Below are positions 37,322 to 46,029 of a DNA stretch of 64,000 bases, piece after piece. The notes under the pieces are model-generated. The model did not search any database. It saw only the letters and a list, made by a program, of their open reading frames with translations, and was not told the DNA's origin. Position numbers and translations under genes: made by a program. Position 1 is the stretch's first letter, and each line of letters opens with the position of its first letter. Origin of the DNA: Dehalococcoidia bacterium (GTDB taxonomy: Bacteria > Chloroflexota > Dehalococcoidia > Lucifugimonadales > UBA3495); NCBI GenBank assembly GCA_965203855.1, contig CBDBDN010000005.1:463806-527805 (forward strand), read 5' to 3'.

Positions 37322-39049
37322 CTAGCCGACGGCGGCCGGCGTCGGGGCTGGCATTGTGCGGGGATCCTCCATGGTGTCAGCCAGGGAACCGCCGGGGGGA
37401 ACCATGGGGTACACATTGGTTTCCGGCTCAACCACGAACTCAATCAGGAACGGGCCGGCGTAGGCTTGGGCTTCTTGCAAAGCGGCGGCTACATCCTCCT
37501 GGTGTTTCACGCGCAAGCCGGGGATGCCGTAGGCGTTAGCCAGTTTGACGAAATCCGGGCCGGGCATCGGCACCTCTTTAATGTGTCCGTCAAAGAACAT
37601 TTCCTGCCACTGGCGCACCATACCGAGGTAGCCGTTGTTGAAAATGGCGAACTTGACGGGCAGTTTTTCCTGCACGGCGGTAACCAGTTCCTGCAAAGTC
37701 ATCTGAAAGCCGCCGTCGCCGGCTATTGACCAGACCGTGGCGCCGGGGCGTCCCAGCTGGGCGCCCAATGCGGCCGGCACCTCAAAGCCCATTGCGCCGA
37801 GGCCGCCGGAGGTTACGAAGGAATTGGGCTGATTGAGGAACAGATACTGCGCCGCCCACATTTGATGCTGGCCGACGCCGGTAACGACGACGGAGTCAGC
37901 GTCGTGCTGGATGACGGAGTTCAGCTCGGCCAACACCTGCTGGGGCAGCAGGGCGTCGCTGCGGGGGATGTCCAGCGACGGATGCTCGGCGGTGAGGCGG
38001 GCAATGGCGGCCATCCATTCCGGGCGTTCCCGCCATTCGGTAAGCGGGATCAGGGCTTGCAGGACGGGTTTGGCGTCGCCCACCAGAGGGACTTCCGCGG
38101 GAACGATGCGTCCGACCTGGGTCGGCTCAATGTCCAGATGGATGATGCGGGCGTGGGGCGCAAACCCGGAGACGCGTCCGGTAACCCGGTCGTCAAAGCG
38201 CATTCCCAGCCCGATGAGGACATCGGCCTGGTCAACTACCATATTGCACCAGTACATCCCGTGCATCCCCAGCATCCCCAGGCTTTGGGGATGATTGCGC
38301 GGGAAACCGCTCAACCCCAGCAGGGTGTTGATGACGGGGATGCCGGTGCGCTCGGCCAGTTCGCGCAGTTCGTCAAAGGCGCGGGAGTTGACGATGCCAT
38401 GCCCGGCGATTATGACGGGACGCTCGGCGTCGTTAATCAGGCGGGCGGCGCGGCGCACATTCTCCAGAGTTTCGGCGTCAAGAGACGACTCCGGGCGGGA
38501 CGGTGCGGCCGGCGCGGTGAGTTGCGGGTACTCAAATTCGGCCAGCTCCAGCTGCACATCGCGGGGAACATCAATCAGCACCGGGCCGGGGCGTCCTTCC
38601 TGGGCGACGCGGAAAGCTTCGCTGACGGTACGGGCCAGGTCGTTGGCGGACAGCACCAGATAAGTGCGCTTGGTGCAGACGGCGGCGATGCTGCAAATGT
38701 CGCATTCCTGGAAGGCTTCGGTGCCCAGGGCGGGCCGCGCTACCTGGCCGGTGATGGCAACCAGCGGCACGCTGTCGGCTTTGGCGCCCATAATGCCGGT
38801 AATCAGGTTAGTGGCGCCGGGGCCGGAGGTTGCCACGCAGACGCCGGGTTTGCCGGTGATGCGGGCGTAGCCGTCGGCTGCGTGGGCGGCGGACTGCTCA
38901 TGCCGCACCAGGATATGACGCAGCTGCGGGTAGGCCCAGAGCGCGTCGTAGAAGGGGAGGATGGCGCCGCCGGGATGGCCGAACAGCACATCCACGCCCT
39001 CGCGCAGCAGGCTTTCGCAGATGATTTCGGAACCTTTCAGTTTTACCAC
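37322..39049 (-). CDS. ilvB: acetolactate synthase large subunit
   Basis: FGHPGGAILP, VRHEQ, TSGPGATN, GMLGMHG, GDGGFQMT..NNGYLGMVRQWQ. Confidence 0.96.
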   Translation of the reverse strand: MVKLKGSEIICESLLREGVDVLFGHPGGAILPFYDALWAYPQLRHILVRHEQSAAHAADGYARITGKPGVCVATSGPGATNLITGIMGAKADSVPLVAITGQVARPALGTEAFQECDICSIAAVCTKRTYLVLSANDLARTVSEAFRVAQEGRPGPVLIDVPRDVQLELAEFEYPQLTAPAAPSRPESSLDAETLENVRRAARLINDAERPVIIAGHGIVNSRAFDELRELAERTGIPVINTLLGLSGFPRNHPQSLGMLGMHGMYWCNMVVDQADVLIGLGMRFDDRVTGRVSGFAPHARIIHLDIEPTQVGRIVPAEVPLVGDAKPVLQALIPLTEWRERPEWMAAIARLTAEHPSLDIPRSDALLPQQVLAELNSVIQHDADSVVVTGVGQHQMWAAQYLFLNQPNSFVTSGGLGAMGFEVPAALGAQLGRPGATVWSIAGDGGFQMTLQELVTAVQEKLPVKFAIFNNGYLGMVRQWQEMFFDGHIKEVPMPGPDFVKLANAYGIPGLRVKHQEDVAAALQEAQAYAGPFLIEFVVEPETNVYPMVPPGGSLADTMEDPRTMPAPTPAAVG

Positions 39050-39122
39050 GGTAGAACTCCGTATGTGTCGGTTGTGCCATTGCCTGCCGGACAGGGGGCG
39101 GATGCGGCGCAGCGGGCTGGAA

Positions 39123-39510
39123 TAAAAAAGCCCGCCCCTATATCGGTATAGGGACGGACGAAATCCGCGGTACCACCCTATTTGCCGGCGGTGCGCCGTG
39201 GTTGATTGAATTGTCCGGTTCAGCTAACCGAACTATCGGGTCAATCAACCGAACTGGCCGGTCAATTGATGCGATGCAATTCAATCCGGTGGGGCGGCAC
39301 AGCCAACCTCTCTAGCAGGACACTATCATGCCCCGTCGTGGCTAACGGGCGACGAACCCGGCCGGGACTTACTAACCGCCGGCGTAACGGAAGGCGGCGT
39401 TCTGTCGGCAGCTCCGGAGTGATTTTCGGCGGGGCCGTTGGGCCTGCTTGCACCGGGCCAGGCTCGCTATGCCGCCGGCGTCCCGCGTACTCGTCTCCAT
39501 CACAGCTTTT
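39123..39510 (-). promoter_or_regulatory. T-box riboswitch, Ile (AUC) specifier, with terminator
   Basis: AGGGUGGUACCGCG at 39179-39166; terminator hairpin with U-run 39157-39123; stem I GA motif, AGUA, AG bulge and GAAAAUCAC with AUC at 39423-39421. Confidence 0.92.
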
Positions 39511-39720
39511 CGGGAAAGACTTTATCACAGGGCGGCGGCAAGCGTCAACGGGGGCGTGTGGTGCCGGGTAGGAATCTCCGGTTGCCCGGCGCGCGCCGGA
39601 CATCGCCCGACGCTATAATCCGACCCCAGCAAAACTACGGTATCTTGTACCGCCAAATACCCCGCCGCTGCGGCAGCCGCATCCCCCGGCGCCGGATGCC
39701 GGGCAACCCGGGAGCAAACT

Positions 39721-40668
39721 ATGCAGTACGGCCTGATCCTACCCAACGTCGGCCCGCTGGCCGACATCACCCACTTGGCCCAATTCGCCCATCACGCTGA
39801 ATCGTCCGGCTGGTACGGCATCTTTCTCAGCGACCATATCGCCGTTCCCGCCGCGCTGCATTCCCGCTACCCCTACCGCACCGACGGCCGTTTCCCGCTA
39901 GACTCCGCCGACCCTATCCTGGAGCCGGTAGTTACGCTGTCTTACCTGGCCGCCGTAACCCGCCGCATCCGGCTCGGCTTCAGCGTACTCGTGCTGCCCT
40001 ACCGACATCCCGTCCTCAACGCCAAAATGCTGTCCACCCTGGACGCCATCTCCGGCGGTCGCCTCATCCTCGGCGCCGGCGTCGGCTGGATGGCCGAGGA
40101 ATTTGAGCTGCTGGACGCCAATTATGCCGAGAGGGGAACCATTACCGACGAGCATATCCGCATCCTGCGCGCATTATGGACGGATGACGCCCCCAACATT
40201 GCCGGCGAACACTACCGCGTTTCCGGGTTTCAACTTTCGCCCCCGCCGGCCCGGCGGCCCCATCCCCCTATCTGGACCGGCGGCGTTAGCCCGCCGGCCT
40301 TGCGCCGGGCCGCCCGGTTGGGCGACGGCTGGCACGGCGTCCGGCAGACCCCGGACGACATCCGCCGGGTGGTTGCCCACATTGCCGAACTGCGCGCCAA
40401 CGCCGGGCTGCCGATGGACGGCTACCAGTTTTCGCTGCGCGCTGGCCTGGACATCACCGCCGCCCCGCTGGATGGCGCCGGGCGCACTCCCCTGCGCGGC
40501 GCCCCCGCCCAAATCGCCGCCGACCTGGACGAATACGCCCGCGCCGGCCTGACCTGCATCGTCCTGGAACCCCGCGCCGCCACACCGGAGCAGTTCATCG
40601 CCCAACTGGACGCTTTCCAACCCCTGCTCTCTAATGCCAATGCCGGGCCGGATACGCCGTCCGTTTAA
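39721..40668 (+). CDS. LLM-class F420-dependent oxidoreductase (TIGR03619-like)
   Basis: SDHIAVP..YPY, LGFSVLVLPYRHP..TLDAISGGRLILGAGVGW..EF. Confidence 0.92.
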   Translation: MQYGLILPNVGPLADITHLAQFAHHAESSGWYGIFLSDHIAVPAALHSRYPYRTDGRFPLDSADPILEPVVTLSYLAAVTRRIRLGFSVLVLPYRHPVLNAKMLSTLDAISGGRLILGAGVGWMAEEFELLDANYAERGTITDEHIRILRALWTDDAPNIAGEHYRVSGFQLSPPPARRPHPPIWTGGVSPPALRRAARLGDGWHGVRQTPDDIRRVVAHIAELRANAGLPMDGYQFSLRAGLDITAAPLDGAGRTPLRGAPAQIAADLDEYARAGLTCIVLEPRAATPEQFIAQLDAFQPLLSNANAGPDTPSV

Positions 40669-40689
40669 TTAGGATGCGTAGCCAGATTC

Positions 40690-40925
40690 ACCGTCATCCC
40701 GGCGCCCCCGCAACCATCATTCCGGCGCCCCTGCAACCATCATCCCAGCCTCCCCGCAACCGTCACCCCGGCCCCCTACAACCGTCATTCCGGCGAAAGC
40801 CGGAATCTATGGCTGCCGGTTTTATTACCGCAGTAGGGGATTACAACGCCGGATTCCGGCTTTCGCCGGAATGACGGTTGGGGGCATTGGAATGGCGGGC
40901 GGGGGGCATCACAATGACGGATGGG
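40690..40925. repeat. REP doublet flanked by degenerate ~21-bp tandem units
   Basis: Core 40782-40877; CAACCRTCATYCC units to the left and AATGRCGG units to the right. Confidence 0.85.
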
Positions 40926-40945
40926 GGCATCGCAATGGCGGCGGC

Positions 40946-41917
40946 TTACCGCCCCAACCGGCACGGCGATTTTCGCAGCTCCCCGGCAATCCAGTCGTAG
41001 GTAACCTTGATACCGTCCGCCAAACTGGTTGCCGGCTCCCAGCCGATAACCTCTTTCAGCGCCGAGTTGTCGCTGTTGCGCCCGCGCACTCCCTGCGGCT
41101 TGCTCAAATCGTGCTGGCGGGTCAGCCGCTTGTCGGCGGCGGCGCAGACAGCGTCCACCAGTTGGTTGACGGTTACCAGTTCGTCGGTGCCCAGGTTCAC
41201 CGGGCGGTTGTAGCCCGATTCCATAATACGGCGCAGCCCTTCAATGCAGTCGTCAATGTAGCAGAAACTGCGCGTCTGTTCGCCGTCGCCCCACACTTCA
41301 ATGGCCGCCCCGTCCTTGGCCAATGCCACCTTGCGGCAGATGGCCGCCGGCGCCTTTTCCCGCCCGCCTTCGTAAGTCCCCAGGGGGCCGTAGATGTTGT
41401 GAAACCGGACGATGCGCGCGTCCAGCCCGCATTCCTCCTGGTAGTAGGCGGTGAGCTGCTCGGCGAACAGCTTTTCCCAGCCGTAGCCCTTTTCCGGGTC
41501 GGCGGGGATGGCTGCCGACTCTTTCAGCGGCGTAACATCCTCGTCGTCCTGCAAAAAGCTGGGATAGACGCAGGCGGAGCTGGTGTACAGATAGCGGGCA
41601 ACTCGCGCGATGCGCGCCGCTTCCAGCATATGCGCGTTGATCAACGTATTGTTGCGCGTCAGAAAGGCATGATTCGCCGTGATATACCCGATGCCGCCCA
41701 TGTCGGCGGCCAGCTGGTACACATCATCCATGCCGTCGGTCGTCTGCAAGCAGCTCTCAAAATTACGCAGGTCGGCAATCAGAAACTCGTCGGCGGCGGT
41801 CGGGGCGAATTCCGGGTTTTTGACATCCACGCCGCGCACCCAATGGCCCTCCGCTTTCAGTCGGTTCACCAGATGATGCCCAATGAAGCCCCCGGCCCCG
41901 GCAACTGCGATTTTCAT
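40946..41917 (-). CDS. GDP-mannose 3,5-epimerase-like NAD-dependent epimerase
   Basis: GAGGFIG, LAADMGGIG, SSACVYP, YGWEK, RFHNIYGP, GGREKAPAAICRK, GVRGRNSDN. Confidence 0.9.
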   Translation of the reverse strand: MKIAVAGAGGFIGHHLVNRLKAEGHWVRGVDVKNPEFAPTAADEFLIADLRNFESCLQTTDGMDDVYQLAADMGGIGYITANHAFLTRNNTLINAHMLEAARIARVARYLYTSSACVYPSFLQDDEDVTPLKESAAIPADPEKGYGWEKLFAEQLTAYYQEECGLDARIVRFHNIYGPLGTYEGGREKAPAAICRKVALAKDGAAIEVWGDGEQTRSFCYIDDCIEGLRRIMESGYNRPVNLGTDELVTVNQLVDAVCAAADKRLTRQHDLSKPQGVRGRNSDNSALKEVIGWEPATSLADGIKVTYDWIAGELRKSPCRLGR

Positions 41918-42717
41918 TCATCCCCCTTAATGCCGTTAGGCGGCGGCCCGTTTGGACTGCGGACTGCGGACTGCGGCAAGTTCACCAGCTGGAACACCTT
42001 CCGGGCCGGCTTCAGCGCCGGCACCAGAAAGCCCCCCCGCATACCGTTGTTGCGGCAGATGCGGGCCACTTCCCAATTCGCTTTCAGTATCGCCAACGCC
42101 GATTTCCCCGACGCCCCCCCCGGCGCCATCTTGACCAGCACTCGATCCAGGTAGCGCATACGGATGTCGTACTTGAAAAGCAGCCGCAGCATAAAATCGT
42201 AGTCCGCCGATATTTTATACCGCATATCAAACAGCCCGCATCGTTCATAGACGCTTTTTCGGACGAAAAACGCCTGGTGCGGCGGCATCCAGCCATAGTA
42301 CAGCCGCCGCCGGCGATACGGCCCCGCCTTCCAGTAGCGAACTACCTTGCCCGCTTCATTGGGATACACCATATCGCCATAGCAGGCGTCTATATCGCCG
42401 CCCGCAAAAGCGTCCATCACATCCCGCAGCACCAGCGCGTCATTATACTGGTCGTCCGCGCCCAGTATATGCACCACATCGCCGCTGCTCAACAGCACGC
42501 CCTTGTTGAACCCGTCATAGATGCCCTCGTCCGGCTCGCTCACCAGCGCCGACAGCCGATCCCGATAGGTTTCCAGTATTTCCAGCGTGCCGTCCGTGGA
42601 ACCGGCGTCAACCACTATCAGCTCCAGTTCGTGGCCGTGCTGCTGCGCCAGTATCGACTCCAGCGCGCGCCCGACCCGTTTCTCGTTAAAAACCGGCACG
42701 ATTACGCTAACTTTCAC
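41914..42717 (-). CDS. glycosyltransferase family 2 (WcaE-like)
   Basis: VSVIVPVFN, VDAGSTDGT, SEPDEGIYD, GADD, PPHQAFF, SADYD. Confidence 0.9.
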   Translation of the reverse strand: MKVSVIVPVFNEKRVGRALESILAQQHGHELELIVVDAGSTDGTLEILETYRDRLSALVSEPDEGIYDGFNKGVLLSSGDVVHILGADDQYNDALVLRDVMDAFAGGDIDACYGDMVYPNEAGKVVRYWKAGPYRRRRLYYGWMPPHQAFFVRKSVYERCGLFDMRYKISADYDFMLRLLFKYDIRMRYLDRVLVKMAPGGASGKSALAILKANWEVARICRNNGMRGGFLVPALKPARKVFQLVNLPQSAVRSPNGPPPNGIKGDE

Positions 42718-42771
42718 TGCGGCCCATCCTCTGCTCAACTGCGCCGGCAAGATAACGCCCGGAGGAAATTA

Positions 42772-42787
42772 CCCCCCCCCCCCCCCC
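42772..42787. repeat. C16 homopolymer
   Basis: 16 consecutive C, about 55 bp upstream of the GT2 start. Confidence 0.9.
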
Positions 42788-42870
42788 GAGGTTGGCTGCC
42801 TGAAAGTTGGCTGCCTGAAAAGTGAACCCGGTTCGGCGGACCAGCAACGGAGCGGCGCGCCGTACAGTAG

Positions 42871-42942
42871 TGGGCCCGACAGGGTTCGAACCTGTGACCA
42901 CCCGATTATGAGTCGGACGCTCTACCACTGAGCTACGGGCCC
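42871..42942 (-). tRNA. tRNA with CAU anticodon, most likely tRNA-Ile2 (lysidine); CCA not encoded
   Basis: GGGCCCGTAGCTCAGTGGTAGAGCGTCCGACT-CAT-AATCGGGTGGTCACAGGTTCGAACCCTGTCGGGCCCA; lacks initiator features (C1 mismatch, three GC pairs in anticodon stem). Confidence 0.9.
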
Positions 42943-43029
42943 GCGTTGCGCCGGTCATCGCACTGCCGTACAGCATGGGCATTTCAGATTATCCCCCCTA
43001 CGCAGATTAGTCAACTTTTGCCGCAATTC

Positions 43030-43150
43030 CAACCCCCCAACCATCATTCCGGCATCCTCAGCTGTCATTCCAAACCCTCAGCTGTCATTCCAAACCCTCA
43101 ACCGTCGTTCCAAACCTCTAAACCGTCATTCCGGCGAAAGCCGGAATCCA
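43030..43150. repeat. ~20-bp tandem TCATTCC units ending in a REP palindrome
   Basis: (TCATTCCAAACCCTCAGCTG)-like units then GTCATTCCGGCGAAAGCCGGAATCCA. Confidence 0.85.
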
Positions 43151-43329
43151 GTCTCGCAATCCGCCGCTACGCCAACCTAACTGGCAATCATAGCCCTCCA
43201 TCCTTCACCGCAATGACGGTTAGTATGCCGCAATCCAAGCGAATTTCCCGACCTTGGCTTGCGTCATAAAGATGGGCTTAACTTATAGATAAGCCCCCCG
43301 AAAAGCAACGCTACCCGCACTGTGGCCGG

Positions 43330-44691
43330 TCATCCCGCCGTCAAGCCCAGCCGCTGCCGATAATCCGCATCCCATTCCGCCAGCTGTCCCCGTTCCACCA
43401 GCTCCAACGGATCCAGCGTCGGCGACGGCTCGCCGCTGGTTGGCACGGCAGCAATCAGGCCGTCTTGCAACCAGGCGTCCACCTGCCCATCGCCTTTGCC
43501 CAGCAGCCCGGCCAGCAGCGCCGCGTTGTCCTGCCCAAAAGCCGGCGCCGGCCCGCGGATTTGCAGCGGCGTCTTGGACATCTGATAAGGCCGCCCCATC
43601 AAAAACCGCGCGCCAATGCCCCGTTCCGGCGGATACTCTACCCTTTCCAGAAAATTGCGGCTCCGATAGTGCGGGTCAAAATGCACTTCCCGCCCGCTCA
43701 ACACCGGCCCGGATGCGATGCCGACCGCCTGCAAAGCGTGCATCAGTTCATACTTGTACTGCGTTGTCGTCCATTCGGAGATAGCGGCGTCGATTTCGTC
43801 GTGCCGTTCCTGCCGCCCGGCCAGCGTCCGCAAGCCGGCGTCCTGCGCCAAATCCGGGCGTTCCAGCAGAGCGCACAACGCCGCCCATTCCCGGACGTCG
43901 CCAACCGACAGCGTAATCCACTGGTCAACGCCGGCCGCCGGGTACGCCCCCTGCGGCGCCCGATAGGGATGCCGGTTGCCGATGCGTTCCCCCTCGCGGC
44001 CATTGGCGATTGCGTCCATCAGGTATTCCGACAGAAACATTACGCCCGCCTGGTACATACCGATGTCCACCCACTGCCCCAAGCCGGTGCGGTTGCGATA
44101 GCGCAGGGCGGCGCCGATGGCAAAAACGGCGCTCCAGGTTGACAGGAAATCCACGAAGGAACGCCCCGCTTTGGACGGCTCGCCGCCCGGATAGCCGGTA
44201 ACCCAGCAATGCCCGTGCGTTCCCTCTTGCGTAGTAGCCTGCGCCGGGTATGCGGAATAAGGCCCGTCGCCATGCCCGTAGCCGGTGTTGGACACCATGA
44301 TTATATCCGGGCGCAGCCGCCGCAGGTTGGGGTAATCCAGTCCCCAGCGGCGCATGACGCGCGGCGTAAAGTTCTCCATTACCACATCGCTGACGGCTAC
44401 CAGCTCCCGGAAGATCTCCCGCCCCTCCGCGCGCGACATATCCAGCGCCAGCGACCGCTTGCCCCGGTTCAGCAATTGATAGGTAGAGGGACGGTTCCAC
44501 CAGTCCTCCCCCGGTTCGTTGTCGGGAAAAGTGCCGTACAGCCCGCCACCCCGCGTAATATCAGGACGGCCCGGCCCCTCAATTTTGATGACCTCCGCCC
44601 CCAGATCGGCCAGCTGCCCGCCGGTGTACGGCAGCGCAAACACATAAGTGGAATCCAGCACCCGTATCCCGTCCAACGGCAGCCCGGACAT
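43330..44691 (-). CDS. CaiB/BaiF family III CoA-transferase
   Basis: PLDGIRVLD, LADLGAEVIKIE, NRGKRS, DVVMENF. Confidence 0.92.
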   Translation of the reverse strand: MSGLPLDGIRVLDSTYVFALPYTGGQLADLGAEVIKIEGPGRPDITRGGGLYGTFPDNEPGEDWWNRPSTYQLLNRGKRSLALDMSRAEGREIFRELVAVSDVVMENFTPRVMRRWGLDYPNLRRLRPDIIMVSNTGYGHGDGPYSAYPAQATTQEGTHGHCWVTGYPGGEPSKAGRSFVDFLSTWSAVFAIGAALRYRNRTGLGQWVDIGMYQAGVMFLSEYLMDAIANGREGERIGNRHPYRAPQGAYPAAGVDQWITLSVGDVREWAALCALLERPDLAQDAGLRTLAGRQERHDEIDAAISEWTTTQYKYELMHALQAVGIASGPVLSGREVHFDPHYRSRNFLERVEYPPERGIGARFLMGRPYQMSKTPLQIRGPAPAFGQDNAALLAGLLGKGDGQVDAWLQDGLIAAVPTSGEPSPTLDPLELVERGQLAEWDADYRQRLGLTAG

Positions 44692-44754
44692 AGTTCACAA
44701 CTCCGCAATGAATGCAATGAAATGGTAGCGTTTCCAATCAGGCGGTTTATTTTC

Positions 44755-45005
44755 CCGTCATTCCGTCGCCTTTACAACCGTTATTACGGCGCCCTACAAC
44801 CGTCATCCCGCCGCCTTTACAACCGTCATTCCGCATCCTTACCGTCATTCCGGCGAAAGCCGGAATCTATGACTGCCGTCTCTATTGCCATATGAACATA
44901 TTAGGCCGCTGGATTCCGGCTTTCGCCGGAATGACGGTAAAGATGCGGAATGACGGTAAAGATGCGGAATGACGGTAAGGATGCGGAATGACGGTAAAGA
45001 TGCGG
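44755..45005. repeat. REP doublet with tandem arrays on both sides
   Basis: Core 44842-44937; (GGAATGACGGTAARGATGC) x4 on the right. Confidence 0.9.
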
Positions 45006-45021
45006 CCGGTTTTCGCGGAGG

Positions 45022-45837
45022 TCAAGACTGCTGCCGCCGCAGCCGTTCCTCCAGTTCCCGGATCCGCGCCTCGGCAGCGGCGCCAGCCCGCTGTGACCGT
45101 TCCAATTCCGCTTGCGCCGCGACCCGTTCCCTCTGCTCGTAGGCCAGCTGCGACTCCGCAATGTGCAGCGATGCCTGCGACACCGCCAGCCGATTCTCTA
45201 CCAGCGTCATATCGCACAGGTAGCGCTCCGTCCGGCGGTTGTAGAACCGCAGGTTGGTGTCATCGTCAACATCCCAATCCCACGCAGGATGCCAGCACAG
45301 GCACAAATCCAGCATCGCGCTGTAGCCCCAGATCATCCCGTCGTCCTCATGTACCAGCGGAATGTCCGCATACGCCCCGTCCACCAGCCGATCGCCCGCC
45401 AATGGCCGCCCGTAATGCTCGCCCCCGGACGGGTCAACCCGCCAGTACTCGGCGACCCCCAGCTCGGCGTACAGCCGCCGCTTGAACCCGGTATCCCGGA
45501 TATGCGTGGATGACGATGCGACTTCCATCAGAAAATCCGGCGGCTTGCCCACTTCCCAGATGATATACCCGTTGCGCCGCTTGATAGACGCCACATTCAC
45601 GCCGTAGGCCACGCACAGGTCGGCTTCCACCCGCACATTCATATTGGCCGGTTCGTAGTTCACCGGAATATCCCCGCTGGCCAGCGTATCCGGCTGCCCG
45701 GCGAAATGACGGGCTACGAAATACGCGCTCTTGGCGATGGTCGGCAGCTGCTGCATATCCTTCGGCTCCGGATCCGGGCAGACATAGTCATCCGGCAGCG
45801 CCGGATAGACGGCGGCAATTGGCGGTTGCGTAGTCAT
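45022..45837 (-). CDS. Uma2-family endonuclease with coiled-coil tail
   Basis: EADL, GKPPDFLMEVASSST..D..KRRLYAELGVAEYWRVDP; AEARIRELEERLRR. Confidence 0.9.
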   Translation of the reverse strand: MTTQPPIAAVYPALPDDYVCPDPEPKDMQQLPTIAKSAYFVARHFAGQPDTLASGDIPVNYEPANMNVRVEADLCVAYGVNVASIKRRNGYIIWEVGKPPDFLMEVASSSTHIRDTGFKRRLYAELGVAEYWRVDPSGGEHYGRPLAGDRLVDGAYADIPLVHEDDGMIWGYSAMLDLCLCWHPAWDWDVDDDTNLRFYNRRTERYLCDMTLVENRLAVSQASLHIAESQLAYEQRERVAAQAELERSQRAGAAAEARIRELEERLRRQQS

Positions 45838-46029
45838 ACCGATTGAACCTCAACTTGATTAAACCTCAGCTTGATTGAACCCCGGATTAATCGCACCCCG
45901 GATTGCTCTAACCTCAAAGGCCGGAGCGCCGGATAATGCCCGCCGGGGCATCATACCATAACGCCGCCGGCCATACGCCGCCCCGAATCTGCGCTTACAG
46001 GTAACGATGGCGACGGCGACGGCTGCTTG

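Noticed and set aside
42793-42820. GGCTGCCTGAAA x2 resembling a Neisseriaceae DNA uptake sequence
   Set aside because: Only two adjacent copies, explained by a local 15-bp duplication; not dispersed across the window.
42871-42942. tRNA as an integration site
   Set aside because: No duplicated tRNA 3' end and no integrase seen in the window.
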